Shown here piece by piece: positions 40,839-64,000 of a stretch of 64,000 nt of DNA. Source of the stretch: Felis catus (Eukaryota); assembly GCF_018350175.1 (NCBI RefSeq), contig NC_058368.1:143408001-143472000 (forward strand). The letters run 5' to 3'. The stretch's first letter is position 1, and each line of letters opens with the position of its first letter. Under the pieces are notes generated by a model, which was not told the DNA's origin, did not search any database, and was given only the letters and a program-made list of their open reading frames with translations. The translations under genes and the position numbers were made by a program.

Positions 40839-41901
40839 AAAAAGACTAGATCAAGCTACTGGCAAATTATTCCTAGTATATTAATGGAAATTTTATTTCA
40901 TCTTTTTGTTTCTTTTTCTCTCTGGAACTTGAGAAACTTCCTTGATGATGTTGCTTTTATTATCTGCATTATGTTGTAGGTAAAATGCGTCTTGTTTTTT
41001 TCCAGCAACAGTGTTTGGACTTGATGAGGGGACCATCAGCTAGGTTGAGGGTGTCCTCATTGTGTTGCCAGTGGTGTCTCGTGAAGTTAATTCAAACAGG
41101 CCCAGGAGAGCCAACCCACTGTCCCCCAAGCCCCTCTGCTGGTCCAGGTGGAAGGTCCCTGCTCTGGAACCTCCAGGGTTGGGAAGTTTCTCACCCATCC
41201 CTGTTCAGCTCGGCAGCATCTGCCGGAGTGAGGTCTCGGTGTGTTTTATTCCCCCCCCCCTTTAAAAAAATGACAGAAAAAAGAAAAATGTTGCCATATA
41301 CTATACTAGGCATATGGACAAACCCTCATTTCATCTAATAGAGGAGCTGGGTTTTATCTTTAAGTGTATTATTGTAATTTTCAAGGCCACAATATAAGGC
41401 CTCTTTCTTTATTGCAGACCTAAGAAAAATTGCTGGAGGGACACTAAGGAAATGAGGAAAACCGATCCAATTTTTCCTACTTTTTGGACCAATTAGTCCT
41501 CATCCTCCATGCTTTTATGGAGTTATAATTGTAGTAAAAGAAAAAAAAAAGTGGAACAGCAGGGGAGAAGTCTATCCTGACTCACTGATTTATTTTAAAA
41601 AGATCCCAGCCTGACACATTCTATTCAGATGAAGTGCTCTGTCTCTTGGTAACCACCCCTCAACCCTCACAGGAATTTGACAGCAGTGGCTGGTGGGGCA
41701 CAGTTTCTGTTCTGCGCTAATACTCAGTAGCTGTTGAAGAATTCCAGTGCTAAAGAGCTAAGCCTGTGTGTAACTCCTCAGCTGGGAATCCCAGAGCACA
41801 AATGTTCTTATCCTCCTTGGTTTTTCATTTGCATCCTCAGCCAAGGTTAATGTTGCCTATGGTTGATTGTTTTTTCCCCTCAGTCTTGGGTCTCCCTATA
41901 C

Positions 41902-42085
41902 CAGTGGTTCTCAACTAATATAATTCTGAAGATGTTTTTGGTTTTGGGGGCCAGGTACTGTTAGCATCTGGTAGAAAGAGGCCAGGGATACTACTGAACA
42001 CCCTTAGCATGCAGGACAGCTCCTCCCTCCTTGACAAAAAATTTACGTAGCCCCAAATGTCAATGGTGCCACCACCGAGGAGCTC
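41902..42085 (+). mobile_element. MER20-like hAT MITE
   Basis: cagtggttctcaac start; gcatctggtagaaagaggccagggatactactgaacaccct ... aaatgtcaatggtgcc. Confidence 0.75.
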
Positions 42086-43549
42086 CCAAGGCCACAAATA
42101 ACTGATTTGCCCACATTCTGGTTTGAATTAGTCACTAAGCTATGAACCAGCCCTATCACACCATAGTTCATTTATTTTGCTTCTCTAGGCTTGGCACCTT
42201 TCTGCCCTTAGTTTTTTATAATAGTGGAGAATTTAATGGTTGAGTTTTTATACTTCTCTCTGGTGGATTCAGACATTTGCCTATAGTTTACTTAATTGAA
42301 TCATAGCTCCTAACTCATGGCCAGGCCCTGAATAGATAGTTACCCCCTAAGTATTTATAAATTGATTGCTCATCCCAAAACCCAAAGTACTCTTTTCATG
42401 CTGGGGAGATAAACGGCTCCTAGAATTCCAGAATCCTGAAGGGTCATGTAACACCTTTACCCACTACTGGGTAGACGTTTCCTACTTGAAGTAAATTGAA
42501 GAAGTTTATGCATGTAACCCACATGTAATATTTTGGTTGGGGAGGGGTGGGAGTCAGAAAGATGAAAGATAGTCACTATTTTGAAACCTTGCACTTTCAG
42601 ATGAATCAATTCTTCATGTAATCCTGGTGAAAGGTCAAGCACATATTGCAGGCACTCAGTAACCCAGGTTATCTCAAGTGTATGTGTAGTTCATCATTTA
42701 CTAATAATGAAGACTGTTTAAGCGCTGAGTGATGAGTATCTTCCAACCTGCTTGGAGGTTGCAATATCATTGGGAAGCATCGAAATAATATGTGCCACTG
42801 GATCTTTGAATTTTCAAAATTAGACTTATGCATACCCAGTCAGACCCTGTGGTTTCGCACCTCCCTCCTTTTGTACTTGTTCCTTTTACTTGAATTGCCC
42901 TCAATCGTTCCTAACCCGGTCCTCCTGGGAAACTCATTTTAATTTTGTAAAACTTTATATCAGCTTTTCATATTCTGTGATTATATTTCAGACCCTGCCT
43001 CTCACATATATTCACACAGCCTGCCCCAATCTGCTCCCAAGTTAAAAAAATGTCCTTCTCGGTTCATCCATGTCAGATGCCTTTTGCACAGTCTTTCTGT
43101 TATCACATGTGTCAACTGTATTTCAATGATCTCTGTCGATTTATCAACATGCTAGGGTTGATGTTCCTAGAAGGCAGGCACTGTGTTATTCCTCTTAGTA
43201 TTCCCATGATTTTCCACATTATGAGTACTTATTAGAATTTAAAACAATTTCTATTATTTATTTTGCCAGGCTCAATTTTTTTTTCATTTGTAGAATATTA
43301 TTGATTAACGGTTATCTCTGATTATGAGACTGAATCGGGGTTGTGGTAGTTAAGAGAGACTTTGCTTACCAATGTTAGAGTAATTTTTTACAAGAATGTT
43401 TTCATTTACTTGTATAATCAAAATTAAAATTTTATACACACACACACACACATACATACATAGATATGTATACATATATAACAAAAGAAGTGTTTTCTAT
43501 GCCAAGTAGTACCAATGTTCAATGTTGGTGCTCCATGGTGACTGAGAGA

Positions 43550-44160
43550 CGTAGTTAAGGTTTGTATTAGATAACACTAGCTGCTGTAACAAACCAAATC
43601 TCAGTGACTCGTCATAATAAAAGTTTCTCCTAAGCTTGCTTGAAAGTCCAATGCAGGTATTTCTGGTTGGGCAGCTCTCCTCCAAGTAGTGACTCAGGGA
43701 CTGAGGCATCTTACTTGTTGTGGCTTTGCCCTTTTTATTATGTGACATTTAAGGTTGCCGTGCTTCAAGCTGCACATGGGAAAAACTACAGAGGGTCACA
43801 TGTGGGAGGTTTTAATGAGCCCTACCTAGGAATGGCATATGTTACTAGTGTTCACTTTCCATTGCCTAGAATTCCATCACTTGGCTGCCATCTAGCCAGA
43901 CCTAACTCAAGGGAGTCTCTCTGTATGCAAAATGGAAAATGGAATCTGTTAGAAGAACTTTGAAAAGCTCACAGAACAAATGGTAGACTGAGGGATTGGA
44001 CAAGAACTAGGGGAGTGCTAGGTGGGGTCCAGGGAACAAGAAAGTCTGCCATGGATTTTCAGTCTTCCAATCATGCTTCTAAGATTCAAATTCCCCATTA
44101 GGATAGAGCAGGGGGTGGGGAGTATATGGACCATATAGTATATGGGGGGTATATTAGCCT
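43550..44160 (-). mobile_element. MLT1-type MaLR LTR remnant
   Basis: ctagctgctgtaacaaac...aatctcagtgact terminus typical of MLT1; boundaries approximate. Confidence 0.55.
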
Positions 44161-47100
44161 AGTAGCTGCTCATCTCTGAGCACCTAGAAGATGGCAGGAC
44201 TGACAGTCTGATGGTTTACTGTCCAATTCAGAGTGAAGTTCAAACCATGGCTTTGATGACCAGGTGTACTGGCTCCCAGCTACCCTTCTTGCCTCATCTC
44301 CTGTTTTCCTCTCTCTCCTCCTCCCAGCTCCATTACACTCCCGTATTTGCTGCATGTGTTTGCTAAGTAGTCTCATCTTAGTGATGTTAGTAATATTGTT
44401 TGCTAGTATTTGCATGCTTCATCCCTCACGCTTTCCAAATCTGCTCAAATGCCTCTTGACATTGAGACGTCTTCTTTGACTACCCTATTTCATATAGCAC
44501 CCCAACTCAAACCATCTCCTTCAATCTAATTTTTTGTTTTATTTTATTCATAGCCCTTACCATTACCAAACATTTGTATGTTTGCTTTGTTTTCTGTCTT
44601 CCCCTCTGCTAGAATTTAAGCAACATGAGAGCAGGAACTTTGTTTTGTTCACATGCGAAAAATCAGACACTGGGTGAGTGTCAGAGCAAGCACTAGAATC
44701 CATCAGCAGATCACTTGAGGACCAGCCTAAGAATTAACATGGCCTGAGGTTAAAGTAGCTTGAGGCATTAAAGAATACTAACTTTTATCTTTTTTGCACA
44801 ATCTGACTCAAATTGTCTACCTTATTCTCACAAACATTTTTGCCATGGATATAATATTATTTATCACTGACCATGGGTAATGCACTTTTAAAATTGGTCT
44901 ACATTGCTTACAATGCATCATAACAACCATTGTAATTCTGGACTTCTGAAAACTAGTGCAGATGAAGATGTGCACAGGTCTGTGTGCGTGTGAAAGAAAC
45001 CTACACATATGGACAGGGCATTACTGAGTTCTGCCTGGCGGATTTCTCTTGGTCTGATTGGTTCACATATCAGTTTATGGTGGATACTCACAAGCACATA
45101 GGTTAGCTTTCCTAACTGTTCTTGCTGTCAAGTGATGTCCTTTAGGCTTTGCCCACTGCTATTCTTGTGGCCATTTGTGTATATTGGGCTTTGACAAGTA
45201 GATTATTACACAATATCCTCTATCCTCTGCCTAAATTCTGAAACAACTGATAAATAAATCAAAGGAATGGCAAATAGAGATGAAAATGTCAACCTTATTA
45301 CTGATGAAGCTGCTAATATCAGAGAATGTGGCTTAAATATAGGATAACAATGTGCTTTCTAATACCAAATCTCAGAAATAAACAGTTTTATGTACCCAGT
45401 CATGAATTCTGAAGTACTACAGGCCTCTCCACAGGAGGGCCTGTTCTATATACTTAACAGCACAAGGAACAAAGTAAAATAGGAAACAGTGATAGAGGGA
45501 AGCTAAGCCAGGAAAGACTGTTACATAATAGACGTTCTTCCACATGGAAAGAGATACCTGGAATGAGCAATGAGTGTCTCGGTTAATAATTTAAATAAAT
45601 TGCTGTGGTGTATTCTGTGAGATTTTGTAGATTAAAAAAACTCCTTTAAAAAATCTAAAAAGGTGTGAATCTTTATACTGCACAGTATCCATAATCCCTT
45701 GTATAGATGAAGCAGAAAAATGTTCCCACACAACCGAGTGTTCTGAAACTAGGCTGGGAGAATGTTGACTGTGTCTGGCAATGCTCTTGTAGAGGTGAGG
45801 GCTTAGGCAAGCACCTGATTCACTTTACTCTGAAGCTGCCTCCAGTAGCAACACCCAAATACATCTTAGATTTCAGAAGACTACAATAAGGAAAAATTAA
45901 TTTTCAGTTCTACCATAAATCTATAGCTCAGACAAAATTGGTTGATTTGAAGTGAACTGTAAAGATCTTTTAGAAAATTTGCACCAAATGATCATCTTGC
46001 TGTAAAAAATCATGCCTAACCCAGTGCCTACTACATACTTGGAGCTCAGTAAATACTTGTTGAATAAGTGAATCTGGATTTTGGGCTTCAATCTGAAATC
46101 AGTTAAAAGTCAACAATGACTGAAGAAATTTTACAGTTTGGAAATTCATCCGAAACATAAATTCCATGGGTATAAATGGATATTAGAAATGTACAGAAAG
46201 AGTAATATAAGCTCTCTTAATTATTTTCCACTAAACTTAATTGACTAGAGTAACCAAAGGCCCCTAGTTAATCTTTAAAACAGGCTGATGCCCAAGGCAA
46301 GCTAACCACTCTTTGTAGTAGGCTACTGTCTAATAATACCCATCATTTTGAGTAGCATTGTTACTAAGGGTCAGTTTTGAGTATTCCCAAACCTTTTAAT
46401 ACTAGTTGTACTTGTTATTGTTATAACATGATTTAATTAAATATTACTCAAGCTGATGAAACCGAGTGCAAGAGTAAAAGAGCTATTCTTCTGAAAACAA
46501 AGGTGAATGTTTTGGAAAGACTTCACAAGAGGAGAGGTCATAAAAGACAGCATTCCTGTTCATAGGTAGTTCACAGCCTTGTAGAATAGCTAAGAAATAT
46601 GTAAAAATAATTCTAGTGTAGGGTGGCAAATACCATAGAAGATTATATGAAGATTCCAGAAGTTCAGAGGAGGAAAATTACTTTTGGCTCACAGAATCAT
46701 TGACAGCTATGTGGAGAAGTTGATACATGAGCTGGTCTCTGAAAAGTGTAAAGTTTGGATGTACAGAGATGATTCACTCCAAGTAAAGACAAGGATATAA
46801 GCAAAGCCTTGTGGGCTAAGGTTAATGTTTGGCTGGAGCACAGGCTTCATGAAGAAGAGTGAAAGATAAAGGCAGAGAGATAAATGGGTTTCAAGTAGTA
46901 GAGGGCCCAAACTTCCATGCTTATGAAGTGTCTGGTCATTGTGAAAATAAGATACTTATTCTTCTCATCCACAATGAACTTGAGTGGTCTTTAGGATACC
47001 TACAAACTGAGGACTTTATATTAGGGCATGATAAACCTGTATAATAATTTTTTCATTCACGGTTTCATACATTTTTTTTCTTAACTGCCATATAGCTTAT

Positions 47101-48449
47101 AAGCTCCTCTTAACCTAAGCTATTTTATATTACTTTCGTTCAACAATGCATGCGATTAATTTTCTGCTAAGGAAATGGGTATTCAATTAATTTTTGGTGA
47201 AAATATTGTAGCATTAGTGAATATGTTCTACATGTCTTTTTTTAAGGCCCATATGAAATACTAACAATTTGTATTAGAATATTACAAGCCTGCTTGATAT
47301 TTTATACTTCAAAAACATGTTTTTCAGAGTTTGCAATATAAGCAAGATCACATGTGAATTTTTTACTATGTTATAACAGTTGATACTTAATGTGCTCTAA
47401 CAAGTATAGTAGGGAAAAAATCCTATCCATTACCTTTCTTTGTTTGAAACATTATTAGTGCACTGTGATTCCTTGAGGGTGGAATAAGTCATTATGAAAA
47501 TCTGAGGTATTTCTCATAATTATATTCCCATAAGGAATGTCACTTTAGTTGTTGGTCAGAAGAAGGTACTGCTAGTTCCTAGAGATTAATCTTCAGCTTG
47601 ATAAAAACAAAATATAATAGTTATAAATCTTAGCCTTCAGGTAAAAAGTTTGAGGACCTGTTTCACTTCTTTAGAAGTATAGTTCTTTTGTCTTTAAGTA
47701 AAAATAAAAGCACCAATTAAAACAAAGATGATAATGGAATAAGGGAAATCATTATTTTGTTAGTTCTACTTCAATGGTTAGCCATTTTCCTCTTTAAAAT
47801 TTTCAATTTGGATATATGTGTATTTCCTTTCTTTGGTTTTTCTCACTTGTAAAATGAAAAATGTTATAAAACCACAAGGCTCTTTCCATTCATGACCAAT
47901 AATTTAATTTTCAATAAGTTATTAGTCTCTCTTTCAGCTAAAGTGTAGAAATGAAGAGACAGGGTATATCTAAGGAGGGTGATCACTGCTAAATTGTGAA
48001 CACAAGAATTTTTTTGATATGGTCATATTCCAGAATTTTATCCTTCATTTTGGAACTTTAGAAGTTAGATTTTTCCAGCACATTTAATAAAATTTATCTC
48101 TTGAGAACTGATTTATACTAATACAACTCACACACACAAAATAAATTTAGAAAATACATCAATTTAACAACAAGATATGAGAATATTACCAGCAAGCATA
48201 CCAAAACACAATTCAGGGGGTATCATATCCCCTCCTCACTATACAAAGGGGTTAGTATGTCACACAATGAAAATATAAATTAGGGTTTATTGGGAAAAAT
48301 TTAAAGAGATGGAGAAGTAGCAGAATACACAAATCCTTCAAGTACTTATCCCACAGAAATTCTTACTTATTCAGGGCATTGGCTGGACTGCTATAGGAAG
48401 ACAAGGGCTCCTGGGCTCAAGGGTGATGCTTATGTAATGCTTAACTTAT

Positions 48450-51400
48450 TTATAGGGAGAGGTGGACATGGAAATAAAAGACAAGATTGAGAACTTTGTC
48501 AGAGGACTGGAAACAAAAGAATGGAAACCCTAGAAGTGAAAAATACAATAACAATGAAATATTTGATGATTTTAGTAGCAGTTTAGACATAGCTGAAGAC
48601 AGAATGAATGTACTGAATGATAGAGTAAAAGAAACATTCAAATGAAGCACAGGTAAGACACAATGAGAAATTGTAATATATGAAAAATTGGAATATTAGA
48701 AAAAGGAGAGACAAGGGACGGAAGTACTATTTGAACAGAATATGGCTAAGAATTTCTCAAAAATGGTGAAAGACATCAATATACAGATTCAAGAAGCCAT
48801 AAAAACTCCAAGCAGAATAAGATTCCTAAGCGCAAGATAGTAAAACTTCTGAAAACTAAAGACAACAACAAGATCCTAAAAATAGCAGAGTGATGATAGG
48901 GAGAAGTACTCCAGAATACCTTCAGAAAAGCAGTTACATTAACAGTTGATTTATCAGTGAAACAATGGAAGATAGAAGACAGTGGAATGCTATTTTTAAA
49001 GTATTGAGAGAAAATACCTGCCAATCTAGAATTTTATGCCCTAAAAAATTATTCTTCAAGAATGGAAGTGTAAAAGACTTAAAAAAAAAAAAAAAGAATA
49101 AAGAGAATTTATCACCAGCAGGTTCACACTAAAGGAAATATTAAATGGAATTCTTCAGGGAGGAGGAAAGTAATTCCAGATGGAATTTTGGGGTGCAGAA
49201 AGGAATGAAACACAATAAAAAGATTCAGTATCTAGGTAAATCTAAATGAATACCGACCTTTTAAAATAATAATAAAGCAGGGGCTCCTGGGTGGCACAGT
49301 TGGTTGAACATCTGACTCTTGATCTCGCCTCAGGTCATGATCTCACAGTTTGTGAGTTTGAGGCCTGCATCTGGCTCTGTGCTAATGGCACAGAGCCTGC
49401 TTGGGATTCTTTCTCTCCTTCTCTCTGCCCCTTCCCTGCTTGTGCTCTCTCTCACTCAAATAAATAAACTTAAACAAATTAAAATAATAGTAAAGTTATG
49501 TACACAGGATTTAAAAACATTTATAGAATTAAAATATAATTACAATAGCATGTAAATTGAAATTCAATTGGTTTATAGTCTTTGTGTTGTTTTGGAAAAA
49601 ACAGAAATACCAATTTGTGTTAGGCATTAATGAGTCAAGGATGCATGTTATAATCTCTAGGGTAATCACTAAAAGAATAGTAAAATGTAACTGCCAAGCT
49701 GATAGAGAGGGAAAATGGAATAATAATAAATATTCAAAGGAAAATAAGGCAAGAAAGGACAGAAAAAGGGACATTGAATAGGTAGTGCAAATAGAAAACA
49801 AAGAAGACTTAACCCCAAATATATGATAATTATGTTGGTAATTATAGTAAGTTTAAAAGAACTAAGTGCTGCATTTAAATTGTCAGAGTTTATTTAAAAA
49901 AAAATCTTTGAGCTACTGGTAAGAGACACATCTAAAATATAAGGATATAGGAAGGCTAAAAGTAAAAATGCAAAAACATATACCATGTAAAAATTAATCA
50001 AAACCAAGCTGGTATAGTTTTATTAATATCTAAGTACAACTATATTAGTATCACAGCATCCCTAGGCAAAAATCATCATTTACAGATAAAGGGAACATTT
50101 CATTATGATTCAAAGTTACTATTTCCAGAAAGATATAACTATTCTAAATTTATTTGTACCTAATAACATAGCTTTAAATATATAAATCAGATATTGATAA
50201 ACTACAAAAAGAGACAAATTCATAATTATAATATAAAATTTTAATAGATCTCTCTCAGCTAATAGAAAAAAACAGACAAAACATCACTAAAGATAAAAAA
50301 TTTGAATAAGACAATGAATAAGTCATACTTACTGGACCTATATAAAATGTTGCTGAAAGACTGCAGGACACATGCATTTTTCAAGAACACACAAATATTA
50401 AAAACAAAACCACCCCAAAAATTTGGCCAAATATCCATAAAACAATTCTTAACAAATTTTAAAGTGTAACTTAATATAAAATAAATTTTTTGGCTGCAAT
50501 GCAAAGAAAGCACTAACAAGAAAATAACTAGGAAATCCCCCTGTATTTTGAAATTGAGAAATATATTTTAAAATAATCACTGTGTCAGATTAGAAATCAC
50601 AGTGGAAATTCAAAAATATTTTGATATTAATAATAATGAAAATATATATACAATCTTTTATGTGATACATCAAAACCGTTTTTGAAAGAGAAATACACAG
50701 CCTTCAGTTAATACATTAGAAAAAAAAGAAAGGAAATAATAAAAAGCAGACATTTATGAGATAGGAAACATCAATAAAGCCAAACTTTATTTAAAAAGAT
50801 TACTAAGTAATAACTTCTGGCTGTTCTTATAAAGAAAAAAAAAGAGAGAAGATAGAAATAACCAATATCAATAATGAAAAAAATGGATAACATTTTATTT
50901 TTTTATTTTTTAAAGTTTATTTATCTATTTTTGAGAGAGAGAGAGAAGAGGGGTGCAGAGAGAAGAAAAGAGAGAATCCCAAGCAGGCTCTGCACTGACA
51001 ACACAGAGCACGACGTGGTGCTCTAACTCACGAACTGTGAGATCATGACCTGAGCCCCAAAGGCAAGACACTTAACTGACTCAGCCATCCAGGTGCCCCA
51101 TTATGAATAATTTAACTCCAATGACTTTTTAAAATTTAGGTTCATAGGCCAATTCTTAGAAAAATACAACCTACTAAAATGGACACAAAAATAAACAGAA
51201 ATTCCAGGTAGACACAAACTATTAAATAAATTATTAATTAAAAACCTTACCACAAAGAAGACTTCAGGCCCTGATGACTACACCAATAAATTCTACCAAA
51301 TGCTCAAGGGAGAAATAATACCATCTTCCACAAATTCTTCCAGAGAATACTGAAAGAGAGAACATTTCCTAATTTGTTTTTTGAGGCAGCACAATCTTGA

Positions 51401-51750
51401 TATGAAAACCTGACAAGCACATTGTAAGAAAAGAGATTACAGGTCACTTATTCATGAACACAGGAATAAAATTCCTAAACAAAGTATTAGTAAACAAAAT
51501 CCAATATTATATAAAAAGTATAATACATCACAAACACATGTCATCATTTCAGGAATTCAAGGTTGGCTTGACATCTGGAAATCAATCATTATAATTCCTT
51601 ACATTAATAGAATAAAAGATATGGTCATCTCCATAGCGGTATAAAAAATTGCTTAATAAAATGTAACATTCATTCATTGTTTAAAAAAACCTCTTAACAA
51701 ATGGGAATAGAAGGAAACTTCCTTAATCAGATAAAGCTTATCAAAAGGAA
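48450..51750 (+). mobile_element. Ancient L1M internal fragment (ORF1 remnant, inter-ORF region, ORF2 endonuclease to RT start) with nested SINEs at 49280-49478 (+) and ~50893-51099 (-)
   Basis: A-rich strand; ORF1-like aacaatggaagatagaagacagtggaat...ctagaatttta; ORF2-like caggccctgatgactacaccaataaattctaccaaa and aggaattcaaggttggcttgacatctggaaatcaatc. Confidence 0.8.
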
Positions 51751-52199
51751 GGAGGAGACTGTGGCACTCAGCTCTGGCCTCAAGTATATTTTTCTTGATC
51801 TAACTCAGACCTGGTAAACCTTCTCCTTGCTCAATGTAACAAGTAAGTGAGCTACATACACAGGTCATCGAGATGTGTCGGTCTTCTACATGGGAAGCCA
51901 GGTAATAATGAGAACGTTGTGAGAATCAGAGGAGAATGAATGAGATGATGTTCATAGCCAATATCCATTAACTATGAGAAGATGATGTATACATTTTTGC
52001 ATAGATGAGAACACTTGTGTTCCTGAACAAGAAATATATTTCTGAACTCTATGCGGACCATTTATCTTCTATTAAGGGAAATTATTTTTTTAGACTGAGT
52101 GTAATGTGAATACTTGGGCTTTGGCTTTACACATGCTAATATAGTCATTCTCTGATTCCTGTTGGCTCTGTCATTCTTCTATTCCTTTGCTTCTCTCCA

Positions 52200-52601
52200 C
52201 AAATCCAGACATCCCAAAATACTTTGGGTTTTTCAGTGAGCCAGGCTGATTTATTCATATGTACATTTTGCATATTCTGTGACATTTTCCTGGAATAACC
52301 TCTCCATCCTCACACCACCTCCACTCCTCATCCATTTGGCAAACTCCTATTTATTCTTCAAAATCCAACTCAAGTATCTTTCCTTTGTAAAGTCTTCTCT
52401 TCTTTATATTGTCATTGTATCTTGCATGTTTTCTAGAATAATACTAATCACACTGTGTTAACATGTTTAGTTCTGTCTCCCTATTAGATTTTTAATTTCT
52501 TGAGAGAAGATTCTGTGTCTTTATATTTGTATTCCTAGTATTTAAACCCAACGAAAGTTTGTTAAGTGAGAAATGAATGAATGAATGAATGAATGAATGA
52601 A
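52200..52601 (+). mobile_element. LINE-2 3' end with (GAAT)n tail
   Basis: L2-type body ending in (aatg)7. Confidence 0.65.
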
Positions 52602-54204
52602 CTCACCTCAGTAAGGCTCTGTCTTCTTAGGATCACCATTTGGGTATTCTGCTAAGCACCCATGAACTCATCCTCGCTAGTAATGAAAATTTCTCCAGTT
52701 GAGCACATTAAATTTACAATCAATAATTAACTCTAAATTGAATTTATAATTGGTTTTATAATACTACTATAGTCATGGGGTCTCAAAATGCTGACTTCTC
52801 AGATGCATGTCATAACCTTAATTTTTAATTTCATCCTGCTTCTCTTAAAGCTAAAGGGAGAAGGGGTAGAAGGAATTGAAAATTCTGAGGAATAACTTTA
52901 ATTAGGTATGTAAATAGCCTGAAAAAAAAAACATTTTAAAATAAGATTCAATCCAAAACCAAGATAGAGTGTTAATTCCTAATTAAGTTCAGTGGTTTTA
53001 TACCAAAGCAAATAAGTGAGAGAAGAGTTGCCAAGGAAATGGAGAAAGTCGTTCTTCCCACTGCTTTCCAGCCCTTTGCACTCATGGCATATAGAGGGAG
53101 TGAAATTACTTACAGTGCACTGGGATGAATGGATGAATGGATGAATCTTCTTGCTGTTGAAGACCAGCAGGGCAGGGGTTCTACCTAGCTGTGATGAGAG
53201 TTAGGGAAATCAGGATCTCAGCGGTCCATACACCCTTTGCTGCAGACTGTTGGGGAAACTCTGAGGCTTAAGAAAGGGGGGTAGAATGTAACTGCAAGAA
53301 TTTATGGTCTTGGCCCTCAGCCTCACCTAACAAATTAGGAAGTGTTCGAAGTGAGTGAGAAAGGCATGTACTATTTAAATTTCATAGTTAGGATTGTGTA
53401 GGCTGGTGATTTTTAACTCTGCTTTAGACTGGTGTCACTTGGAAGCTTTTAAAACCTAAAAACACAGAAAAACTGAGACCCTACCCTAGTAAAGTCAAAT
53501 CAGAGTCTCTGCCGAGAGGGGTATAGGATGGCATCAGTATTTTTAAAAAACTTCCTACAGGTGACTCTCAAATATATCCAGAGTTAAGAACCACTGGCAT
53601 AAGCAGTGACTGATGATTAAAAATAATTAGTAAGGGACCTAAATTCTAACTGTGTATGTTTTCAAAAAGTGACTCAATTTAATACTTGTACTTAGTGGCT
53701 TTTTGTATAGAAAGGTTATTGGTTTTGTTTTTATTGTTGTAGAAAGGCATATGTCAGTCAGTAGTTTGTGTTTATCTCAAATTATAGCCATATTCCTAGA
53801 AGGATATAACCCTTGGAGTTTTAATCTTGAACTTAATGTTTATGAAGTATTGGCAAACAGGATCGCTGAATTGATCAGGAATAGTAACACTGGAGGTTTT
53901 TAAAATAAGCCTTGAAGAGGAGATAGAATTTAGGTGTGCAGAAAAGGTAGAGTGAGAATTTAAGTGGAGGAACAACATGAGCACCAGAAAGGAAAAGGTA
54001 TAAGAAAATTTCAGAGAAAAGTACTGCAGACTCTGAGATAGGGGGCCAATGGCAATTGAAGGGGCAGCCAAAGCCAGTTGTGTCTTGAGACACATGAGAG
54101 CAGTCCAAAGAGATCACCTTTTCAAACACCTGTAGCAGTTGAAAATGACCTTGCCAAGGCTCCCTAGGTCTCTACTCCAATGATTGTGTAGAAGCCTTAA
54201 TTAC

Positions 54205-54340
54205 AGATAGTGTTTAGTGAGCACTAACTATATGCCAGGCACTTTTCCTGAGCATTTCGTGTGTATTAACTAATTTAATCCTCACAGCAGCCCCGAGAGG
54301 TAGGTTCTATTATGATCCCTGGCTCACAGATGAGGGAAGT
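54205..54340 (-). mobile_element. MIR fragment
   Basis: tatgccaggcact...atttaatcctcacagcagccc...acagatgaggga. Confidence 0.7.
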
Positions 54341-54586
54341 GCCACCCACAGGCTGTTTTTTTTAGGGTATCTCTATATTTTCCCTGTATGGCTCATACTC
54401 AGAGTCCACACAATATATTAACTGGACAGGAAATTATATAGTTAAAACAGAAATGTACCAGATATGAATAAAGTAACAGTTGGTACTTGGAAATAATGTC
54501 AGCTAGGGATCAAAGAGTTAAGTATTTTGAATTTTTTTTCTACAGGTAGAAAAAAATTTACTGAGGAATGAGGAATTTACTGATAT

Positions 54587-54803
54587 TTTTAAAGTTTATG
54601 TATTTATTTTTAGAGAGAGAGAGAGAGAGTTGAGAGACAGAGAGAGAGGGCACGAGAGAGCAAGCACAGGCAGAGAGAGGGAGAGAGAGAGAGAATCCAA
54701 GCAGGCTCCACATGATCATTGCAGAGCCCAACGTGGGGCTTGAATCCACAAACTGTGAAATCAAGAGTTGGACACTTAATTGACTGAGCCACCCAGGTCC
54801 CCC
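54587..54803 (-). mobile_element. SINEC SINE
   Basis: Reverse head, long (GA)n tract; TSD tactgatat. Confidence 0.9.
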
Positions 54804-55285
54804 TCTACTGATATCTTTTGAGCAAGCAGTGTGATGATGAAAATTTTTAGTGAAGTTGGTGTGGAAAGAGGAGTAGGGTAGGGTGAGGATGGGGAGGGTA
54901 AGAGGTAAACATACCAGCTGACCAGTTAGGAAGCTAATGAAATAATCTAGGGATGACATGATAAAGGTCAGGGTGGTCATAGTAGTAACAGAAAGGACAC
55001 AGATGCAAGTGCCATTTTGAAGGTCCTTGCGCCCAAAGAGTGAGCCTGAGTGACTGGGTAAGCCCAGGAGGTCAGGGGGGCAATCCTGATAAGGGTAAAT
55101 GGTGAACTGAATCATTCCAGCCTGAAATGTGTTATTATATTTCATATTCTGACTTAGAGTTTTAAATTTTATTTTGTATACCTCCTTATTTTTGATATAG
55201 ATGGCAATACTTATCTGTATACTTTAATTTCACATTAGCCCATCCACCTAGTAAGAATAGGATATTTACTTATTTCTATATGTAA

Positions 55286-64000
<8,715 letters not shown>

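Noticed and set aside
54558..55145. 195-aa reverse-strand ORF
   Set aside because: Runs through L2-like sequence and a SINE with a (CT)n tract; no coherent protein

Overview
This is mammalian genomic DNA, almost certainly felid (cat-type Can-SINE/SINEC_Fc elements throughout). Two + strand genes lie in tandem. (1) The last four coding exons and 3' UTR of TENT2 (PAPD4/GLD2 cytoplasmic poly(A) polymerase) are at 1530-1666, 12103-12194, 17302-17381 and 18968-19042, with consistent splice phases. (2) The 5' part of CMYA5 (myospryn) comprises a CpG-island promoter, exon 1 CDS at 23143-23291, a 32-kb intron and a giant exon 2. Exon 2 starts at 55348 and stays open to the window end (2884 codons; absent from the ORF track because it has no stop). 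The introns hold many SINEs, L1/L2/MIR remnants, a near-full-length Tigger1 and hAT MITEs. I found no CRISPR, RNA gene or wholly new gene system. The most notable signal is inside CMYA5 exon 2: a recent, in-frame, exactly 300-bp (100-aa) tandem triplication with a mosaic variant pattern, built on an older ~50-aa acidic Ser/Thr-Pro repeat array. Other candidates are a MinD-MTS-like amphipathic helix and a hydrophobic micro-domain in myospryn, a cardiac TF motif cluster in intron 1, a near-identical inverted SINE pair in TENT2, and CPE/Pumilio motifs in the GLD2 3' UTR. Comparisons to human proteins and repeat consensi are from memory and need alignment confirmation.
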